Shown: piece by piece, positions 59,455-64,000 of the stretch
How positions within the stretch are numbered: position 1 is the stretch's first letter
Layout of the letters: the number at the start of each line of letters is the position of its first letter
The notes under the pieces: model-generated
Told to the model about the DNA's origin: nothing
Seen by the model: the letters and a program-made list of their open reading frames with translations, nothing else
Database searches by the model: none
Source: Eukaryota sp. GEM-RC1
Taxonomy: Eukaryota
Direction of reading: 5' to 3'
Assembly: GCA_040285855.1 (NCBI GenBank)
Contig: JAUFOQ010000016.1
Location: 372,001-436,000, forward strand
Length of the DNA: 64,000 nt
Made by a program: the position numbers and the translations under genes

Positions 59455-59655
59455 ATGATGCATTTGTCATGACATAAGTTGATAATTTGTCATGGTGTCA
59501 TTACAGAGTGTCATGACATTATGGGAAGCTATGGTAATAAGTACGAATATCCCTTTTTGGTAATAAGGGTCAAATCGGGTCGGACAGGTCAAGGTCCAGA
59601 GTATCAGGTCATGTGTCAGGTCATGGTCATCAAATGAAGTGACCTGACTGCACTA
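59455..59655. repeat. Cluster of GTCATGAC/CAGGTCA motifs, probable transposon subterminal remnant
   Basis: Repeated GTCATG and AGGTCA units; no paired TIR found. Confidence 0.35.
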
Positions 59656-60292
59656 GCTCCACTTCTAGATTATTGGCGGTCATTAATGTGCTGAATCTTG
59701 AAATATTCTTGATTTGAACTTTGAATTGAACGATCTTACAAGTCGTGTAAACTGGTTCATGACATTAAGCAATCTTGCATCATTCAATGTTATTGGTGTT
59801 CTTCATTGTTCTTTGAAAGGAAGTAGTCCAAGTATTGAGGATGGTTGACTTTGTTATAAATTGATTTAAATGACTCTTATGAATTTAATGTTGGATTTTG
59901 ATTTTTTGAATGTCCTTTAAAGATGGAAGCTTATTACTGATATGGAATACACTTTGATGATGTTCACTTAAACATTGCCTTTGGGTTGAGCGCTTGTTTA
60001 TCAAATTCACTGAAGTATTTAAATTTAACTGAACTGATTGTATTAAAATAACTTATATTTGAGTAAGATTGTATATTGACAATCTCACAAGATTTGTTAT
60101 TTCTTAAGTTAACTTGAAATGAATTGCATCTTCAAAGATTAGGCTTTAATGATGTGAATCTGGAAGTTGACTGTCAATAATTTTTGTAATTGAACTTAAT
60201 CATCATCTAAAGAAAGTTCATGTTGTAGATGTAATTAAATGTACAAAAACAGAATTCACAGGAAATTAGGTATATACAAGACAGAAAGCTAT

Positions 60293-61234
60293 TTACTTTT
60301 TAAGTAAACTTAGAGCATCCTCCAAGAATTTGATTGTTCCAGAAACGTCATCCAATTGCAAAGAGGATAGACTCCATTTAATATACTTCTCAGCTTGAGT
60401 AATACTTTTATAATCCAACGAGGGCTTGGAACTCACAGTAGGCAGAGGCAGAGGTTGTACAGGAGCAACATCATCAGAATAACTTACCTTGTCACTATAA
60501 ATGTCGTCATCCGTAGTCTTTGGCAACTCTTTACTTGTATCATCAATAGTAGCTAACGAGTCAAACTCCTGTTCATTAGGAAGATCCTTAGATACAGGAA
60601 GATCGTGGCTTTGTTCAGGAGCATCATCCTCTGGTAGATGATTAGATACCACTGTAGAATCGTCCTTAACTTGCACGTCTGGTTTAAAACTCTCATGTTC
60701 ATTTACTGATTGAACTTCTTCTTCTGATTGTTTTAGAGCTGATGACGTGTTATCCACAGACTCTGACGTATCAACAATGAGATCAGCGGGAGGTTCTGTG
60801 TTGCCCTTAAGGATTTGAGTGGCTCGATACATTGCAAACTTACGTTTCTTCTTGAGTTCTTCATTGAGCTCACCAAATTGATTGGTGCAATCAACAATAA
60901 GTCGAACAACGTCATAAGAAGCAGCAGTAGATTTATCTGCCAGACCTGCCTGATCAATTTCAAGGGTTTGATTGAAGATTTGATTGAGAACCTCTGTGCA
61001 ATAAGTTAGACCATTTACTTCGGAGACTTTCAGAGAAGTCTTTTGCTTTTCTAGATTGTTCATGAGAGTAACAATGAATTTCTTTGCATCGTCTTGGAGT
61101 TGTTTGAACTTAGGAATTGTGATGGACAAAGCGTACATGTGGAGATAGTAAGATATCAAGGGTTCTGCTTCCGCAAACTGCTGTGCACGAACACAAAAGG
61201 GTTTAATTGACTTAAGTGACGGGGGAACATTCAT
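60293..61234 (-). CDS. VTA1: Vps4 cofactor Vta1/LIP5
   Basis: N-terminal MIT domains (PPSLKSIKPF...EPLISYY...KFAMYRA) and C-terminal VSL (AEKYIKWSLSSLQLDDV). Confidence 0.93.
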   Translation of the reverse strand: MNVPPSLKSIKPFCVRAQQFAEAEPLISYYLHMYALSITIPKFKQLQDDAKKFIVTLMNNLEKQKTSLKVSEVNGLTYCTEVLNQIFNQTLEIDQAGLADKSTAASYDVVRLIVDCTNQFGELNEELKKKRKFAMYRATQILKGNTEPPADLIVDTSESVDNTSSALKQSEEEVQSVNEHESFKPDVQVKDDSTVVSNHLPEDDAPEQSHDLPVSKDLPNEQEFDSLATIDDTSKELPKTTDDDIYSDKVSYSDDVAPVQPLPLPTVSSKPSLDYKSITQAEKYIKWSLSSLQLDDVSGTIKFLEDALSLLKK

Positions 61235-61325
61235 TTGGTTGAAGATGTTGGTTTAGGTGATGAAAAACTTTGAAAAACTTGAACTGAACCTGGACCCAAA
61301 CTTCTCCATCTAACAGCCCGTTTCA

Positions 61326-61835
61326 ATGCAAGAATCTATTCCTATATTTGAACAAAGGATAATATCTGAGCATACTGCACTTTCTACTATCTATAGTAAC
61401 TTACTTTATGTCTTTGATAAACGGACTGTTGGAGATGTTATGGAGATCTTTAGATCTCAACGAGAACTCGTCTTATGCTCTTCCCAGACATTCAATCGTT
61501 CTCTCCTAGCCAAATCAAATGATTTAACCGTTCTAAAGTCTTCCATTGCAACAGCTCAGTCCCAAGTACAAGAACTTTTCTCTCAATGTGAAATGATTTC
61601 CAAGAATATTTCTGACCTGACCTTACTCAAGTCAATCTACACTGAGTATGCTTTACGACTTCAGGAAATCCAGAAACGACCTACTTCAGAACAGTCGAAT
61701 TCGGAGATCCAACGCCTCTCTGCCATTCGAGATTCATTGACTTCTGACATTGCTATTTTGGTGGGTGACATCGCCAGACTCTCGAAACCTATTGCAATGA
61801 TGATGCACTTGGCTGATGATGCTTTGCGGTTTTGA
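61326..61835 (+). CDS. Hypothetical coiled-coil protein
   Basis: 169-aa ATG ORF divergent from VTA1. Confidence 0.6.
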   Translation: MQESIPIFEQRIISEHTALSTIYSNLLYVFDKRTVGDVMEIFRSQRELVLCSSQTFNRSLLAKSNDLTVLKSSIATAQSQVQELFSQCEMISKNISDLTLLKSIYTEYALRLQEIQKRPTSEQSNSEIQRLSAIRDSLTSDIAILVGDIARLSKPIAMMMHLADDALRF

Positions 61836-62189
61836 TTTTGTATATTTTTGAGTTGTGATTGTTTATTGAAGGTACATTTTACTGTTGTGTGTCCTTATTT
61901 CTTATTGATTTAGATGATTATTGTTAGTTCTGAAACTATTTAGTATTTTTTAAGTGACTAGTAGGTTTTCTTTGTTTTCTAAAATCACCCTTTAATTTAT
62001 CTTGTCAATTCAGCTCAACTATAGTAGTAGTACGTGTAGTTGGATTCTGAAAGACAGCAAGGTTCGGTTTTGTGGCATTCTTTTGAAAAGAATGTAAAGT
62101 TTATATTATAAACACTTGAACAACAAAACCGAATCTTTTGTGAAACCAATTTTTCTGCTTCAAAAACCAATCTTGTTTAATTGTTCAAT

Positions 62190-62534
62190 ATGTCACAACG
62201 CACAAAGAAGCACCTAGACGCCCTACAACAGTTGCGAGCAGCTATCAGGCAGCTCTCCTCTGAACTTTCACCCATTCTGTCCTTGTCTGATGACCTTGAC
62301 TCTCACTTCCCTGCATCTGAACTCATTGAGATTAAATCAGACATACTTTACACACTGAATAGTCTAATCTTTGTCTATCTCAAAGTTAAGGGGAAAGACC
62401 CATCCAAACACCCTATTGAAGAGGAACTGACCAGAACAAGACAATGTCGTTCCAAGGTGAAAAAGTTTCTTGGGTCCTTGAACTCCTCTTCTTCGCCCCC
62501 GCAGGCAAAGAAATCTCGTGTTGAAAATGATTAG
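62190..62534 (+). CDS. C1D: Exosome cofactor C1D/Rrp47 (Sas10/Utp3/C1D domain)
   Basis: YTLNSLIFVYLKVKGKDPSKHPIEEELTR. Confidence 0.88.
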   Translation: MSQRTKKHLDALQQLRAAIRQLSSELSPILSLSDDLDSHFPASELIEIKSDILYTLNSLIFVYLKVKGKDPSKHPIEEELTRTRQCRSKVKKFLGSLNSSSSPPQAKKSRVEND

Positions 62535-62625
62535 TCTTGTTCTTTAGTTAAGTATGTGTGGATGTTTATTGATTTATTTTTTTTATGTAATGTACAAAGG
62601 TTATGATCGGCCAAAACAAATATAT

Positions 62626-63105
62626 TCATTGTGATACAAGCCTTTTCCTTGATATTTTAGAAGAAGGACTAGGACTTGAAGGAAGTGTTGATGGGTTGGA
62701 TATTAAGGAAATAGTCTCTAATGAGACTGGTCCAGAGAGTTCATTCAGTGTGGAAAATGAAGGACTCTTAGGGGATTGTCGTCGAGGAGACTCAATGGAT
62801 GGTGGACTTGAAAATTCAATAGGTCTCGTAGTGGTCACAAACAATCCTCGATTGGGAGAAGATTTAACAAAAGAGTTACGTTGTGGTGTTACAGATAGAG
62901 TGGGAGTACTAGAAGAAGAAAGATTTACGGAACTATCATAATCAGATCTAAAAAGAGAACCACACTGGTCACAACAGGAGTCTTTTGTGACTTTGAGTTG
63001 ATGTTGAAGATGTGAAAGCTGCTGTTTCAGTTCATGTATTTCCTTATCCCTACGACGCAAAATGAATAACAAATCAAGTTTTGTACTAGGACTCGAATCA
63101 TCCAT
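62626..63105 (-). CDS. Hypothetical protein (coiled coil + Ser/Pro-rich tail)
   Basis: 159-aa ATG ORF with host-like codon usage. Confidence 0.55.
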   Translation of the reverse strand: MDDSSPSTKLDLLFILRRRDKEIHELKQQLSHLQHQLKVTKDSCCDQCGSLFRSDYDSSVNLSSSSTPTLSVTPQRNSFVKSSPNRGLFVTTTRPIEFSSPPSIESPRRQSPKSPSFSTLNELSGPVSLETISLISNPSTLPSSPSPSSKISRKRLVSQ

Positions 63106-63609
63106 AGATTGTGGGAATACGTACGTAGACCTACAGAGAGTCTTGAATCAAGAAGTTGGATCGAAGAAATTGAATACACTTCTTTGTTTAGTCAATAAAA
63201 CATAGAAGACTTAATTTAGCCGTATAAAACATGGTTTAAGCCACTAATCACTTTGAAAAAGGACTGGATCATCTTGTCTTAATAGCCTCTACTGTTCAAA
63301 GTTTATTTGGACCAACTCTAAGGAAAATGTCTACATGGGCATTACATGTACTAAGAAATTTGCATCTGTCAGACAGATAACAGCTTGTTTATAAGATTGA
63401 TGCTAGATGTTGTTTGACAAAACATCAATTATATAGACTCTATAAAGAACCCTTAGGAAATACCCAAGTGAACTCTCACAGATGCAGCTCCACATCAACA
63501 CTGTGTACATTGATTAAGTTAAGACTAATCATCTGTTATTGTTGCTTTTCATTACAAAACTAAATTTTTGAAGCATTTTCTCTTTGTTCTTCGACACCAA
63601 AACTAACCA

Positions 63610-64000
63610 ATGTCAAGAACCATCTCTGCTGCTGTGCCTAATTTTACATCAGATATACTAAATTCATTGCGTTCTGGTTCTATGTCTGATGTCATTGTTA
63701 CTGTTCAAAACGATTCATTCAATGCACACAAACTCATCTTGTCTGTTGTTTCCCCTGTTTTCCACACAATGCTAAATAAGGACTTTAAGGAAGGTATAAC
63801 TGGCGAAGTCAATATTCCTGATCAAGACCCAAACGCTTTTCAAGTCTTCCTTGATTTTATATACACCAGTAAACTTGACTGTAATGTAACTCTCCTTGCC
63901 CCACTTCTTGAGCTTGGTCAACGGTACCAAGTTCTACCATTAGTCTCACTTTGCTTAGAGTTGCTCTGTGACGAACTTACTCCTGTTGAGTTACTGGACT
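63610..64000 (+). CDS. BTB/POZ domain protein, partial
   Basis: Manual translation: SDVIVTVQNDSFNAHKLILSVVSPVFHTML...FQVFLDFIYT; open to the window end. Confidence 0.9.
   Translation, partial: MSRTISAAVPNFTSDILNSLRSGSMSDVIVTVQNDSFNAHKLILSVVSPVFHTMLNKDFKEGITGEVNIPDQDPNAFQVFLDFIYTSKLDCNVTLLAPLLELGQRYQVLPLVSLCLELLCDELTPVELLD

Noticed and set aside
62603..62941. Antisense ORFs inside genes (also 20344..20673, 21128..21415 and others)
   Set aside because: Shadow frames of the coding strand with no independent motifs.
1757..63105. Host genetic code with TAA/TAG read as Gln
   Set aside because: Conserved genes (TFIIB, PSMB4, NMNAT, VTA1, CDC123) end at TAA/TAG where expected and have no internal TAR codons.
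1..64000. tRNA, rRNA, snRNA or spliced-leader genes
   Set aside because: None recognisable by eye; covariance-model searches would be needed to exclude them.

Overview
Gene-dense, nearly intron-free eukaryotic (protist) nuclear DNA using the standard code. The single clear intron (in TFIIB) has a GTATGA donor and a TACTAAC branch point fused to the 3' splice site, as in metamonads; that assignment is an inference. Conserved genes include TFIIB, SMC6, a VIPAS39-like protein, an NDR/Dbf2-type kinase, proteasome beta-7, NMNAT, a GDAP2-like macrodomain protein, ZC2HC1, an ESRP-like qRRM protein, a CFAP141-like protein, CDC123, VTA1 and C1D. Several sit head-to-head across 34-91 bp. Expanded or defence-like architectures are also present: MLKL-like 4HB/B-box/LRR, RING/pseudokinase/kinase, B-box/UBA/SPRY, Sel1 and BTB. 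Intergenic islands hold decayed mobile DNA: three RLE-type non-LTR retrotransposon relics, hAT- and Tc1/mariner-type MITEs, a BspA-like LRR fragment and a BCS1-like AAA ATPase fragment. The best novelty candidate is a two-copy decayed polyprotein element. One copy (10.3-12.1 kb) carries a degenerate 2A/StopGo-like peptide. The other (45.5-48.8 kb) runs into a Upf1-like SF1 helicase and ends in a 23-43 bp motif shared with a second unclassified zinc-finger element family (24.3-26.9 kb and 42.7-43.5 kb). Many genes show single-base frameshifts at homopolymers, most likely assembly errors. All family assignments are from motif recognition by eye; no searches were run.
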